Origin: Cyanophora paradoxa CCMP329 | Lineage: Eukaryota; Plantae; Glaucophyta | Assembly (NCBI GenBank): GCA_004431415.1 | Contig: QPMI01000660.1 | Location: 1-43,366 of the forward strand | DNA length: 43,366 bases | Direction: 5' to 3' | In this document: positions 11,379 through 24,857 of the stretch, one piece after another | How positions within the stretch are numbered: position 1 is the stretch's first letter | Layout: each line of letters opens with the position of its first letter | Made by a program: the position numbers and the translations under genes | Notes under the pieces: generated by a model | Databases searched by the model: none | Told to the model about the DNA's origin: nothing | Seen by the model: the letters and a program-made list of their open reading frames with translations, nothing else

Positions 11379-14300
11379 TCAGAAGCCAGAGGCCTCGGGG
11401 TCGGGCCCGGGGGGCACGCCCTCCTCCGCCGCCTGCTCCGCACCGGCGTGCGCCTCCCCGCTGCAGTGCGCCCCCGTCAGAGCGGCGCGGCGCGGGGCGC
11501 GGCGGCCGGGGGCCGGTGGTGGCGCACGGGGGCGGGAGGGGCGGGGCGGGGGGAGGGGCCCGTGGGCGGGGCGCGGAGGCAGTGGCGGATGTGGGAGAGG
11601 AGGCCGGCCTGGTTCACCAGCACCCTGCGCGGCGTCAGGCCGCCCGCGCGGGGCGACTCGGGCGGGGCGGGGCGCATGGGCGCACCGGCCGCAGTGGGGC
11701 ACGGGGGCGGGGGCCCGGCGGGGGCAGGGGCGGGCGGGGCGGGGGCGGGCCGGGGTTGGCGGAGGAGCAGACGCGCTGGTGGCTCGCGAGCCCCGCGCTG
11801 TTCACGAAGGCGCTGCGGGGCGGCGTGAGCGGCGGGCCCGGTGCGGTGCGGGCGCCCTGGGGCGGGGCGGGGCGGGGCGGGGCGGGGCGGACCGGGCGCA
11901 GTTGGGGCAGGCGGAAGGGACCTGCGGCTCGGCGCCCGGGGAGGGGGCGGCGGCCTCGGCGCCCTCCCCCTCCGCCCCGCCCCGCGGGGGCGACGAGGGC
12001 CGCCGGGGGCCCGGGTGCGCCCTCGGGGCGGGGCGGGGCCCGGCAGAAGCGCCTGTGGTTCGCCAGCGCCGCCTCCGACGCGTACATCCTGCGGCCCCGG
12101 CGGCGGTGGGTGAGCCGGGGCGGGGCGGGGCGGGGCGGGGCGGGGGCCCGGGAGGGGGTGGGGCGCACTGGCTGCAGGGGCGGCAGAGGAAGGGCTCCTC
12201 GGGGGCCGCCTCGGGGGGCCCGAGGGAGCCCGGGACGCGCATCGCCTCGCCGCAGCCGCGCTGGTGGCTCTTGAGCCCCGCCAGCGACTCGAACATGCGC
12301 TCGCAGATCTCGCAGACGAGCGCCTTGGCCGGCGGCGCCGGCTCCTTCTTGGCCGAGGCCGCCGGCGAGGCTGGGGCCGTCCCGTCGCAGAAGCGGATGT
12401 GCGAGCCGAGGCCGCCCTGCGACTGGAAGGTGCGCCCGCAGCGCGGGCAGGCGACGGCGTGCGGCGCGCTCGGGCGCCGCCCCTCCTCCCCGCCCTCTTT
12501 CTCCCGCCCGCACACGCGCCCGTGCGAGGCGAGCCCGCCCATCGTCACGAACGACCTGCCCCCGCCCTCAGATCGAGGCGGGGGAGGAAGGGCGGGGCGG
12601 GGCGGAGCGCGCGCACCGGCCGCAGCGGGCGCAGACGATGGGGGGGCCCTTGGCCGCCTCGGGGTCCGAGGGCGGCGCCTCCTCGGCCTCCTGCGGGGCG
12701 GCGCCCGGCGGCGGCCGCGGGTTCTCCGCCGTGCACCCCCGCTGGTGGCTCATCAGCCCCGCAAGCGACTGGAAGCCCCTGCGCGGCGCTCGCCTTGGTC
12801 AGAACGGCGCCGTCTGGCAGGCGGGGGGGCGGGCGGGCGGGGGCGGGGGGCGGACCGGTCGCAGTGGTCGCAGACGAACTCTTCCGAGGGGGCGGCCTCG
12901 CTGCGGCGCATCGCCGGGCAGAAGCGCATGTGGCTCCCGAGCGCCCCCGACGCCGCGAACTTGCGCCTGCAGCCCGGGCACGCCCACTCCTGCGCCGCCT
13001 TCGCCGGCGGCGGCGGCGCCGCGGCCTTGCTCGCGCGCTGCCGGTTCGCGGGTTCTCGCCGCAGACGGCCGCGTGCGCGTCGACGCCCTCGCGCGACAGG
13101 AACAGCCTGCGCCGGCGCCGCTCGCGTCACCCCGCGTCGCGCGGGGCGGCGGGCGGCGGGCGGCGCGGGGCGCGGCGAACCGCTGGCAGTGGGGGCAGGG
13201 GAGGGCCTCCCGCCCGGATGCGGAGGGCCGCGCGCTGTGCGCGGGCTGCTGGGCGGGGGGCGGGGCGGGGTGCGCGGGGCTCGCGGGGGAGGCCTTCGTG
13301 CAGCCGCGCTGGTGGCTCATGAGCCCCGCCAGCGTCTGGAACGCCCTGCGCGCGGCGTCGGCCCTCGCCCCGCGCACTCGGGCCCGCCGCGGGGGCGCAC
13401 CGCTGGCACTTCTCGCACGCGAAGTTGCTCCCGAGCTCCTTGGTCACCTGCTCGGCCGTGCGCCCGCAGAAGCGGATGTGGCTCCCAAGCGCCCCCATCG
13501 TCAGGAACTTCCTGAGGGGGCGTCAGGGGGCGTGGACGGCCTCGAGGGCTTCGAAGGGGCGCGCGGGCGCGCCTGCCGCAGTGGGGGCACTTGATGGGGC
13601 CCTTGCCGGCATCCGCGGCGCCGGCGGCGCCCGAGGCGCCCTGCTGGGGCGCCCACGGCCGGTCCGAGCTGCCGTCCCTGCCGCCCCGGCCCGCCCCGGT
13701 CGGCGGGGCGGGGGGCATGGGAGGGCCCGGCGCACGCGTCCTCGTCGTCGGAGGCCTCCTCGCCCGGGGAGCCGGCGGGGCGCGCCGCCGAGCAGGCCGC
13801 CCGGTGCCGCGAGCACGCCGCCGCCGAGTGGAAGACCTCCCCGCACCACCCGCACGTCGTCGCCTTGCCCCCGCGCCCCGCCGCGCCGCCGCTGCCCCGC
13901 CGCCCCGTTTTGTCGGCCACGCGTGCGCCGGCGCGGCCGGCGGCCGGCGGGCGGGGCGGCGCACTGAAGCGGGCGCGGAGGAGGGCGGCATTGGGGACGG
14001 GCGCGCAGATGATGGGCGCGTCCGGGTCCGTCGGCTCTGCGCCGCCCGGGATCGGGACCGGCGGGGCGCGGTGCGGAGGGGGCGGGGCGGGCGGACCGTC
14101 GCGGGCGTGGGAGCCGTACCCCGCGCGGCGGGCGAGGGCCATGACGGCCTTGAGGGAGACCAGCGGCCCGCTCGAGGCCTCCTCGGGGGACGCCCCCTCC
14201 ACCTTCACCGCCGCCGAGCCCGGCGGGGCGAACCCCGACGACGAGGGGCCCCCCGAGGGGAGGCGGGGGGCCGGCTTGGCCGCGGCCGGAGCCAGAGGGC

Positions 14301-14900
14301 GCGCCGCGAAGAGCACCGGCTGGGCGGCGGCGGCGGCCGGGGCGGTGGTGGAGGGGGGGTGGAGGCGCCGCCCGCCTCGGCCGGCGGCTCCACGCGCGCG
14401 CGCTTCGCCGGCGGCGAGGGCGGCGCCGCGGGGGAGGGGCCGTCGGCGGGGCCGGGGGCGCCGTCGCGGGACGGGGGGCGGGGCGGACAGGCGGCGCGGT
14501 GGCCGCCGAAGTGGGACGGGGTGCGGAAGATGCGGTTGCAGGTGATGCAGGCCACCGCCACCTCGGGGTTCCAGTTGTAGCCCTCCGCCTCCCGCCGCTG
14601 CTCCTCGCTCAGCCGCTGCCACGACGCGTCCCGCCCCTTCCTCGTCTTCAGCCGCTGCACCGCCGCCTTGCCCCGCTCCGGGCCCTCCCCGCCCACCGCC
14701 CCGCCCTCGGCGCCATCGCCCGCCGACGCCGAGCTCGCGCGCGCCTCTACGTTTGTCGCCGAGTCCCGCCCCGCGGCCATCTCCGCGGCCAACTCCGCCG
14801 GCACCTCAGTCTCCGCCGCGCCGCCGGCGTCGGCGCCGGCCGTCTCTCCCGACTCGATCTCCATGGGCGCGGCGGCCGCCTCCTCCGTCGCCGCTTCCAT
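11379..14900 (-). CDS. Multi-zinc-finger protein with ~13 C-x2-C-x12-H-x3-C (C2HC) fingers (multi-exon)
   Basis: Repeated motifs CITCNRIFRTPSHFGGHRAAC, CPHCGRKFLTMGALGSHIRFC, CEKCQRAFQTLAGLMSHQRGC, CPGCRRKFAASGALGSHMRFC, CPRCGRTFQSQGGLGSHIRFC, CEICERMFESLAGLKSHQRGC and others. ATG at 14900; last exon ends EASGF* at 11379. Confidence 0.8.
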
Positions 14901-15554
14901 CGCTTCTCTTCAAAAGCGTACGAAGGCTGCCCCTGCGGCTCTGCCGCGAATCCACGGGCTCTGGGGCCATGCGCGCCGCGCAGAAGCACGTCAGAGAGCG
15001 GGGCACAGTTAGGGGGCGAGCGCGGCACCTTCGATGCGTGATAAGACACGAAACCCTGCTCGAAGGCCTTGGAAACGGTCTCCGGCACTGCGGCGATGGG
15101 CGGGTCAGCGACGTAGAGGGGTGGTTGAAGAGGGCGAAGGGCGGGGTGAGGGTGGTCGTGGGGCCAGCCCAGGATGCGATGCACTGCCCTTCTAGTTCCC
15201 GGCCTCGTCGATGCTCGCACCGGGGCGTTCGGGACGAGGCACGCGAGCGGAAGGAGTGAAGCGACCCCCGCTCGCTGTCCCGGGGGCTACCAAACCGATC
15301 TAGGACCACCGCGGATGCGAAGGCGGCTCGCTCCGGAGTCGAGGCCCCGCTCGTGTCTTTGAACACGGTATCCCCGATTGAAAAAAACACAAGAGAACCA
15401 GAGTCGCTAGCCGAAATCGATTCCGCTTCGTTGAATCGCTTCGTCGGCTCGAGCCGCTCGGGGGCGGTCGCTGCGCAGGCCGCCGAGCCCCGGGTCCAGG
15501 GAGGCTCCGATTCCAGCTGACCGCAGCCAGACCCAGACCGCCGCGGCCGCCGCG

Positions 15555-18500
15555 ATGTGGCAGTCGCAGCAGCAGCTGGCAACCGTGCCTGGTCCCGCCG
15601 GGATGCAGCTGGTCCCGGCGGGCGTGTCCGGCGCTGAGCTGCTCGGGCACCCGGCGCAGCACGGCTATCGTAAGGTGCGGCCGGTCTCGCGCGAGCTCGA
15701 TACGAACTCTTTCGAATCTCTCCTCGCAGCCGAAGAAGCCGAAGAAGTCGGGCGGCTTCGTGCCCGGGCGCCACGTCCTTCTTATCCACGCAATCGAGGC
15801 GAGCGGCGCCCGCGGTCAAGCGCTGCCGTGCCTGAAAGAGCGCAAACAGGGCCGCATGCTGGCGAACCGGGACGTCGGTGGCTTCTCGGATCCCTACGTC
15901 GAAGCGGGTCCGGACCCCGCGCTGGCCGCTGTCAAGCGCCGCCCCCGCGGCCTCTCACGCACGTGGCGCAGTTCTGAGCTTCACGAACTCGTCGGAGAAG
16001 CGGCGGACGAAGGCGAAGGCGCGCACGGCGAACTGCATCTTCGACGAGTACCTGCAGTTCGAGTTCGAGTGCTTCGACGAGATGCACATGTCTGAGCCCC
16101 GCCCCGCCCGCCCCGGCGGCGGGCCGACGCCGGCACGCCGTGCAGGGATGCGGGGAAGCTCGACCTGTACGTGAAGGACTCGGACATGCTCATCGACGAC
16201 GCCATCGGCGCGCCCGCGCAGCTCCCCCGCCCGCCGCCCATCCCTCCCGGCCCGGCTGATCGCGGGCGGGCCGGGGGCAGGCTCGGTGCACCTCGACCTC
16301 CGCGAGATCTACTCCAAGCGCTACCACCAGCTCTGGCAGGAGTGGCGAGTTTCTACCCCCCCCCCCCCCCCTCTCCTCCCCTTCCCCTGACGGCGGGCAG
16401 GACGGCGCTGTCGGACTACCCGCCGGACTTCAAGCTGGAGGGCTTCCTGAAGGTCTCGATCACGATCCTGGGCCCCGGGGAGGTCTACGTGATCCCCTCG
16501 GCGGCGTCGAAGCAGCGGCGGCGGCACGCGGCGCGCCTCTCCTCGCTCTTCGCCTCCTCCGCCGAGGCCGGCGACGCCGTCTCCCTCCACTCCTTCGGGC
16601 CCCGCACCCCGGACCACCGCCCCACCCCCGACCCCGCCCACGCGCCCCCGCCCCCGCTCTCCCCGCTGCCCCCCGTCGCCCTGCCCCCCGGCGGCGCCGG
16701 CGTCGCCCCGCCCCCTTCCTCCCGCCGCCTCCAGCAGTACCCCCCGGGCTCCTCGGTCCCCATGCAGCCGGCCGGGGCGGCGATGCCGACGCCGGCGCCC
16801 GCGCCGGGGCCGCCGGGGACGCGCTCGCGGTCGATCCAGTTCCCCGGGCCGGCGGCCGGCCCCTCGGCGGGCAAGTCGCAGGCCCCGATGGCTCCGCCCG
16901 AGGAGGAGCCGGCGGAGGACTTCTACTGGCCCCGGCCCCGCCCCCCGCCCCTCGCCCACGTCGACGCCTTCGGTGCGCCCGCGGCGGCGGGGGGGGGGGG
17001 GGGGGGGGTAGGGGGAAGAAGAAGGCGCGTGCCGCCCGCCCCGCCGGGGCCGACCGCACGGGGCGCAGTGATCCACATCGAGACGATCAAGGCGGAGCAT
17101 CTCCCCCGCATGGACATGTGTACGCCCCGCCCCGCCCCGCCCCGGGCCCCGCTCGCCCCGCAGTCTGACGCGTCGCCTGACGCGCGCCCCCGCTCGCCGC
17201 GCAGTCTCGCGGCGGGGCGCGGCGGCCGTGGACGCCTTCGTCGAGGTGCGCCCCGCCCCGGCCCCCCGCTCGCCCCCCCGCCCGGGGCCTGTTGCCTGGC
17301 CTAGGGGCTGAGGCCGGCCGGCGCGGGGGGCAGGTGAGCATCGGGGGCTACAAGGCGGTCACCACCGACGTCGTGCGTCCTCCCTCTCCAGCCCCTCCCC
17401 GCCCTGCCTGTCGCCCATCATCCGCATCCTCACCGCGCGGCGCGCCTGCAGATCACGTCCTACGACCCGAAGTGGTACGCCCGGGCGTCCCTCCCCATGA
17501 TCCTGCCGAGGAAGGGTCCGCCCCGCCCCACCCGCCCGGGCGCCCCGCTCGCCTCACGCCCGCGCGGCAGTGGACGACGAGGGGCGGCCGATGCCGCTGC
17601 CGCGGGGCGGCGACGTCGACTTCGACAGCGTCTACTTTCCCTTCCCGGACCGCGTGCGGGTCTCCGTGTGCGACTCGGACGTGATCGGGTCGGACCTCGT
17701 CGCCACGCTCCCCTACATGAAGGACCTCTCCATCCGGGCCCTGCTGCTGCGCCTCTGGGCCGCCGAGCGCCGCCTCGGGGACGTGCGGGGCCTCTCCGCG
17801 GAGGCGGCGCAGCGGCTGCTCGTGTGGCGGCCCGAGGAGGACAAGGCGGCGCGGGCCGAGCAGGAGGCCGAGGAGGCCGCCCTCCGCGCCGGCAAGAAGT
17901 CCGTCCTCGGCGCCTCCGCCGCCGACATGCGTCCGCCACAGCGCCCCGCCCCGCCCTTCCCCGTCCGCCCCGCCGCCGCCGGCCCTTGACGCCCGGGGCG
18001 CGCAGTGTGGGCGCGGCGGCAGGTGGAGCCGATGCCGCGGTGGATCAACCTGTACGGGGCGCCGCCGGACTCGTCGGGGAAGTACTGCGAGGCGATGAAC
18101 CAGGGCGTGCAGCGCGGCTCGGCCTACCGCGGCCGCCTCCTCATGCGGGCCTGGATCCAGCGCACCAACACCCTCGACGTCGTCCCCCGCGTGCGCCCCG
18201 ACCGAGCCCAGGGCGCAGCTCAAGGGCAGGCGAGGGGCTCACGGGGGCGCGCGCAGTTCGTGCCGATGTCTCTGCCGCTGGAGTTCGGGGACGCGGAGGT
18301 GCGCCTCTCCTTCGACCTCTTCGAGGCGGCCTACCTGCGCGTCCCGGACTCGAGCGCCCTCGGCGCCTCGCACGCCTGCCGCGTCGAGCTCTCCATGGGG
18401 CCCTACGTCCTCCGCTCCGTCCTCTCCAGCCCCGTCCGGCACGGCACCGCCGCCTGGGACGCCCACGTCACCGCCACCCTCCGCTTCCCCGAGATCGTCC

Positions 18501-21500
18501 CCCCGGCGCTCCCGCAGCGCGACGGGGCGCCCCTCACCGACAAGGAGGCCGCCACCCGCGCCGCCAAGGCCCGCCCCCGCCCCCGCCCCGGCCCCGGCCC
18601 CTCGCCCCCGCCCGCCGTGATTCGACGCTCCCGCGGCCCCGCAGGAGATGGAGGCGTGGGCGGCCAACCTCCCCGACATCTTCGTCTCCGTTCACAAGGG
18701 CACCTCCAAGGCGCGCACGCCCCCCGCGCCGGCCCCCGGCGGGCGGGAGCTCACCCCCCCGCAGAAGCGGCTGGGGTACCTGCGGGTCAAGGCCCTCGAC
18801 CTCATCAAGTCGCCCCCCGGTGCGGCCCCGCCCCGCCCGCTACACCGGACCCTCACCCACGCCCCGGCCCCTCACACGCGCGCCGCAGTGCCCGGGGCGA
18901 CGGACGCGGTGCGCGGGGGCACCGAGTGGGCGCCGCCGACGGAGCTCAACTGGCACCCCCTCCAGTCCGACGGTGCCCGCCCGCCCGCCCGCCCGCCCGC
19001 CCGCCCGCTGCGTCGCTCGCAGTTTGAGCGTGGCGCTCGCGCAGGCCTGGCGCAGGCGGCGGAGGCGTCGGAGAGCGACGGCGATTTCGCCGGCTTCCTC
19101 TTCTGCCGGTGCGCGCCGCCCCGCACCCCGCCTCGTCCAGGACCGCGCCGACGAGCACGCCACGCGCAGGGCGGCGCTGCAGGTGGTTTCGATGACGGCG
19201 CCGGGGGAGAGCCGGCCCTTCGGGGCGACCGCGACGGCCGCGGCGCCCTCGAGCACCGTCCGCACCCGCTCCGCCACCCATGTCGAGGCGCGCCCCTCCG
19301 GAGATGATGAGGGAAGAGCCCGACCGCCGCCTCTGACCCGGGGCGCAGCTGTACGCGCCGCCGGGCCCCGGGGAGGACGCGTGGAAGCCGCCGGCGCCAA
19401 CGGCGCAGCACCCGTTCGCGTGGGCGGGCTCGGAGGACGCGGCGGTGGCGGCGGAAGAGGAGCGGCTGGCGGCGGTGGCGCGGCGGATCGTGCGGGAGCA
19501 GGCGGAGGCGCGCACGGAGCGGGTCGAGGCGCTCCTGTACATGGCGCGCAAGCTGCTGCCGGGGGACCAGCCGGGCACCTCGGACGCCTACGTGCGCATG
19601 CGGCTGTGGAGCCCCGAGGACCGCTTCAGCGCCACCACCTCGGTCATCTACAAGACGCAGAACCCCGTCTGGAACGAGCGCTTCGTGGCCGACGTCAAGG
19701 TCCCCTCCCCGCGGCGCCCCCGCCCCGCCCCCCGCCGGCCCCCCACACGCCCCTGCAGGTGCGGGAGTTCGGGTGGATGGTGGTGGAGGACCCGACGGGC
19801 CCCGCGCTGCCGGCGGTGACGCCGACGAGCGGGCGGGCGACCCTCTGGCCCCTCCTCTACGTCGAGGTCCGCGCGCCCGCCCGCGCGCCGCCGCCGGAGA
19901 GCCGGCCAACGCGGGGCGGCGCGCGCAGGTGTTCGACCGGGACGAGACCTCCAGGGACGACCTCCTCGGGGTGCGCCCCCCCGCGGGGCTTCTGCGCGCC
20001 TCCGCCGGGGCGGAGGGGCCGACGCGGGGCGGGCGGGGGCGGAGCGCAGATCTACCACCTCCCCATCGACTCCTTCCCCGAGCACGTCGACGACCTCCTC
20101 CGCGGGTGCCCCGTCCCGCCCCCCCGCCCCCCCGCCCCGCCCCGGCCCTCAACGCTCCGCGCCCGCAGGGAGGACTACCGGCAGAACGCGCCGAAGGGGG
20201 CCAAGGGCCGCCTCCCGTTCCTCCCGCTGAGCTTCAAGCTGTGCAAGCACGTGCCGGGGAAGGCGCTGGCGCCCTCCAAGGGCCAGCTCGTCGCCGCCTT
20301 CCTCCGCCACGTCCCCAGCGGCCGCTCCGAGCGCCCCTGCGTCGCCCTCCCCGAGAAGCCCCGCGTCCGCCCGAGCCGCCCAGTCCAGATCCCTCCTGCC
20401 CGCTCACCGGCCCTCGCTCGCGCGGCAGAGGGCGCGCCTGCGGATCGACCTGCTCGGCATCCGCCTCACGCCCTCCTCGCCCTTCGGCCCGCCCCCGCCC
20501 CTCCCCTCTCGCCCGCCCCGCCACACCCCGCGCTCTGACGCCGGCGGCGCCCACCGCAGTCCGCGGCGACCGGCTCCTCCTCGAGTGAGCGCCCGGGCCC
20601 CCCGGGCCGACCTGGCCGGCCCCGTCTGACGCGGCGGGCGGCAGGTTCGACATGGGGGACAACCGCTCGTTCGCGGTGGAGTGGCCGGAGCCGGGCTCGG
20701 CCGAGGCGGCGGCGGCCGCCGCCGCCATGAAGCTCGTCTCCGACCCCTTCGCCGCCGTCCGCCCCGCCCCGAGCCCCGCGCCGCCTCCTTGGGTGCGGGC
20801 GCGAGCGGCGGGGCAGGTGCGGCAGGCGGCGCAGTCGGCGAAGGAGGTGGCGACGGACGTGGCGGGGGCCGTCGCTGCCGCCGGCGGCTCCGGGGACAAG
20901 AAGGAGGTCGCCGGCGTCGACGCCCAGGGCGTCAAGGCCCGCCCCTCCTCCCTCTCCTCACCGGGCGCCCTCCCTTGTGACGCCCGGGGCGGCAGGGGGG
21001 CAACGTGCTGGACAAGGTGATGAAGGGGACGGGGGACGCCTTCCTCCGCTTCCTCGACTCCGCCACCATCCGCCGGGCCCGCCCCGCTTGCCCGCTCCGT
21101 CCCTCGCCCCCGCTGAGGCCCCAGCGCAGACGGTCTACATCCCTTACGAGTTCTACGAGCGCGCCCTCGCCGGCTACCGCCCCGTCCTGGCCCGCCCGCC
21201 CCGCCCCGCGCCCCCCGCCGCGCCGGCGCTGGCTCATCTTGGGGGAGGCAGACGGTGCGGGTGTACAAGTACGTGAGCCGGCTGCCCCTCAAGGTCATGG
21301 CCGGCGTCGCCACCATCAAGATCACCGACCGCGGTCCCCGCCCCGCCCGCCCCGCTTCTCCCTCGGCCCCGCCCCGCCTCACGCGCCCCGGCCGGCCGCG
21401 CGCAGTGCTGCAGTGCTCGCGCTCGGGGGAGTACTGGAAGCCCCTCCTCACGGTGCGCCGCCCCCCGCCGGCGCCTGGGCGGCGCCGGGGGCCGGGGCCG

Positions 21501-24500
21501 ACGCCGCCCGGGCAGACGGAGCTGGACGGACGGCCGGCCCCCGGGAGCGCCGCGTGGCCTCCGAGCGAGCTCCGCAAGCCGCCCCGCGGCTTCAACGTGC
21601 GCCGCCCCGCCCCCACAGGCAGCTCGCTCTCCGCCGCTCACGCGGGGCGGGGCCGGTGCGTAGACGCCGCGGGCGGCGCCGCAGCTGCCGGGCGGGGCGG
21701 GGTGCCGCTGGGCGTGTCGGCCTCGTTCTCGCAGCAACGGGGGCGGGAGGCGCCGATGCCGCCCTCGGGGGACGAGTACTCGTACGCCATCGGGCCGGGG
21801 GCGACGCCGCTCGGGCGGCGGCGCACGGGGGAGCTCTCCCTCGCCCTCGCCCCGGGGGGCGGCGGGGCGCCCCTCTCCACGCGCCAGCTGCAGATGCTCA
21901 ACGCCGGCCTCAACCCCGCCACGGTCCCCGGCCCCCGCTGCCCCCCGCCCCGCCCCGCCCCGTCCCCCGACGCGCGGGGCACACAGCTCGGGGACCACGA
22001 CTCCGACGGCGGCTCCATCGGCTCGTGGATGTCCAACGGTGCGCCCCGCCCGCCCGCCCGCCCGACGCCCGACGGCCCCGCCCGGAATCGAGCCGGCGGG
22101 CGCGCAGCGGACGAGGAGTTCGAGGGAGACCACCCGGGGCTCGCCCCGGGGGGCAACCCCGACTTCCCGGGGTACGCCTTCGTGCCCCGGGAGCTCCGCT
22201 GGACGGGCCACCACGCCGACGAGCGCTTCCGCCGGGCGCGCCCCGCCCCCGCGCCCCGCCCCGCCGCGCCCTCTGACGCCCGTCGTCCTCTGCAGGAGCT
22301 GAAGGACCTGCAGATGTGGAACGAGTGCCCGATCATCCGGTGCGCGCGGCTGCCGCTGCTGAGGAGGGGCGGCGGGGCGGCTGAGCGGGGCGGGGCGCAG
22401 GGGGGCCAAGGTCGCCAGCACCGCCTCCTTCTCCGACAAGGCCCGCCCCGCCCCGCCCCGCCCCGCCCCGCCCGCCGGCCCCGTGGAGGGCGCGCTCCGA
22501 GCGGGCGGGGGCGGGCGCAGATCAACGAGTTCTTCGGGAACCGCGTGCAGCTCGACTCGACGGAGAGCATCGGCAAGCTCAAGGCGCGCCCGCCGGGAAC
22601 CCTCCTGGAAAAACGGGGGCGCGGCCTCGCTGAGGGCGGCGGCAGGTGTGGGCGACGCTGGAGGAGGAGGAGAACCAGGCGCCGGACGGGCCGCCCTGGC
22701 AGGCCGCCGACCGCCTCTCCACCGAAGTCCTCCCCGCCCTCGTCACCCCGGGCTCGCGCTACGCCGCCTTCCCCAAGCAGCGCGTCGTCGTCCGCTGCTA
22801 CGTGCTGCGCGGCTACAACCTGCCCCAGATGGACAACGGGGAGCAGGGGAAGGCGGACCCGTACCTGCGGTTCCTGCTGGGGGGCCTGGAGGACATCCGC
22901 AAGAAGGAGCGGAAGGCGGCGACGATGCAGCCCAAGTTCTACGAGACGTTCACGAAGCACGTCGAGCTGCCCGGCTCGTCGCTCCTCACCCTGCAGCTCT
23001 TCGACTACGACGTGCTGGGGCGCGACGAGCTCATCGGCGAGACGACCATCGACCTCGAGGACCGCTGGTACTCCCGCCAGTGGCAGGCCTCCGTCGCCGC
23101 CTGGGACCCCCTCAAGCGCCGCACCTACTCCCTCCCCGCCGTCCGCCACCCCGCCTCGCCCCGCCCGCTCGGCCGGCCAGCGCTGACCGGGGCGGGCGGG
23201 CAGCGGCCGGACCCGGAGAGCCTCGCGCCGGGCGTCTTCCTCACGCGCCCCATGGAGCGCCGCACGCTGCGGGACCCCTGCCAGCCCAAGGCGCCCCGAG
23301 CCGCCCCCCGCCCCGCCCGCCCCCGTCCCTCCCCTCTGACCCGGCCCCGCCCCGCCCCGCGCAGCTCTCGCGGGGGCAGGTCGAGATCATCGTTGACATG
23401 GCGCGCCCCTTCTCCTCCGACCCGCCCTCCGCTCTCGCCGGCCCGCCCTCCCCTGAGGCGCGGGGCGGGGCCGGTGGTGCAGATGACGATGGAGGAGGCG
23501 GCGTCGCACCCGGCGATCACGCTGGTGCCCCCCAACCAGCGCTTCGAGGTCCGCGCCATCGTCTGGCAGGCCCGCAACCTCTCCATCAAGGTGCGCGCCC
23601 CGGGGGCCCGCCCCCCCTCGCTCCGCCCCGCCCCGCGCCGGGGCCGACGCCGGCCTCTCCCCCGGCAGGACCGGGTGTCGAACTCGAACGACGTGTTCGT
23701 GGCGTGCGTACTGGAAGCGGGGGACCACTTCGAGGACGTCACGCAGGAGACCGATGTCCACCTCAACGCCAAGGTCCGCGGGGGCGGCCCGGGGCGCGGC
23801 GGGGCGGCCCGAGCCGCTTCGCTGAGGGGGGGCGGGCAGGAGGGGAAGGGCCTGCTGCACTGGCGCTTCATCTTCCCCGTGGACCTGCCGCTGGCGCACC
23901 CCGTCCTCAAGTTCCAGGCCTTCGACAAGGACGTCCTCGGCTCCGACGGTGCGCCCCGCGCCGCCCAGCCCCGAGGGGAGGGGGCCTTGCCGGCTGAGAG
24001 GCCGGCCTCCCCTCAGCGATCGGGGAGGTGGCGCTGGACGTGACGGACCTGTGCGACGCGGCCTACGCGAACAACTCGGGCGTCACGCGGCGGCGCCTGC
24101 GCTGCGCCAAGCTCGCCCGCCAGTGGCTCCGCATCTACCACCCCGACGTCCCCGAGGAGCTCAAGCGCCGCGAGGCGGCCGGGGGCGGCTGCTGCGGGTG
24201 CCTGGGGGCCCCCGCCGCCGCCCTCTCCCGCACCGTCCTCGACGCCGTCGGCGCCAAGCGCGACTTCTACGAGGACTACTGCACCGTGCGCAGGGGCCGG
24301 CCGCGCGGGGAGGCGGCCGGCGGGGGCGCTGAGGGCGGGGCCGGGCCGGGGGCGGCAGGGGGAGCTGGAGGTCGAGGTGGAGGTGCTGCCGGCCGAGCTC
24401 GCCGCCAAGCGCCCCGCGGGCAAGGGCCGCTCCGAGCCCAACCGCAACCCCTACATCCCCGAGCCCGCCCGCTCCAAGTTCTCCTGGCCCGCCCCCGCCC

Positions 24501-24857
24501 CGCCCCGCCCCGGCGGGCCCGGTCCCCTCGGCTGACTCGGCACGTGCAGGTTCAACCCGCTCGACATCCTCAAGGCGCCCCCGGCCCCGCCCGCAACTTT
24601 TCCGATCGCGCTCTTCTTCCGCTGACCGGGCGGGCGCAGGAGTGGATCGGGCCGGAGCTGGTGGGCAAGGTCGCCGGCGTCGGCGCCTGCGTCCTCGTCT
24701 GCCTCTGCATCGCGTGCGCCCCGCCCCGACCCGCCCCGCCCCGCGCCCCTGCCACCGCCACCGCTCAACCGCGGGGCGGGCGGCGCGCAGCTTCCTCATC
24801 CCCCTCATCATCTCCCAAACGCTCTCCTTCAAGATCGCCGCCGCCACCGACAAGTGA
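15555..24857 (+). CDS. Ferlin-family multi-C2-domain tail-anchored protein (many exons)
   Basis: Several C2 domains (SDPYVE...FDEYLQF; GTSDAYVRM...KTQNPVWNE; VRCYVLRGYNLPQMDNGEQGKADPYL...LQLFDYDVLGRDELIGETTIDLEDRW; QETDVHLNAKEGKGLLHWRFIFP). Also PRWINLYGAP, GSAYRGRLL, the ferlin C-terminal signature GKGRSEPNRNPYIPEPAR, and a C-terminal TM helix. TGA at 24855-24857. Confidence 0.88.
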
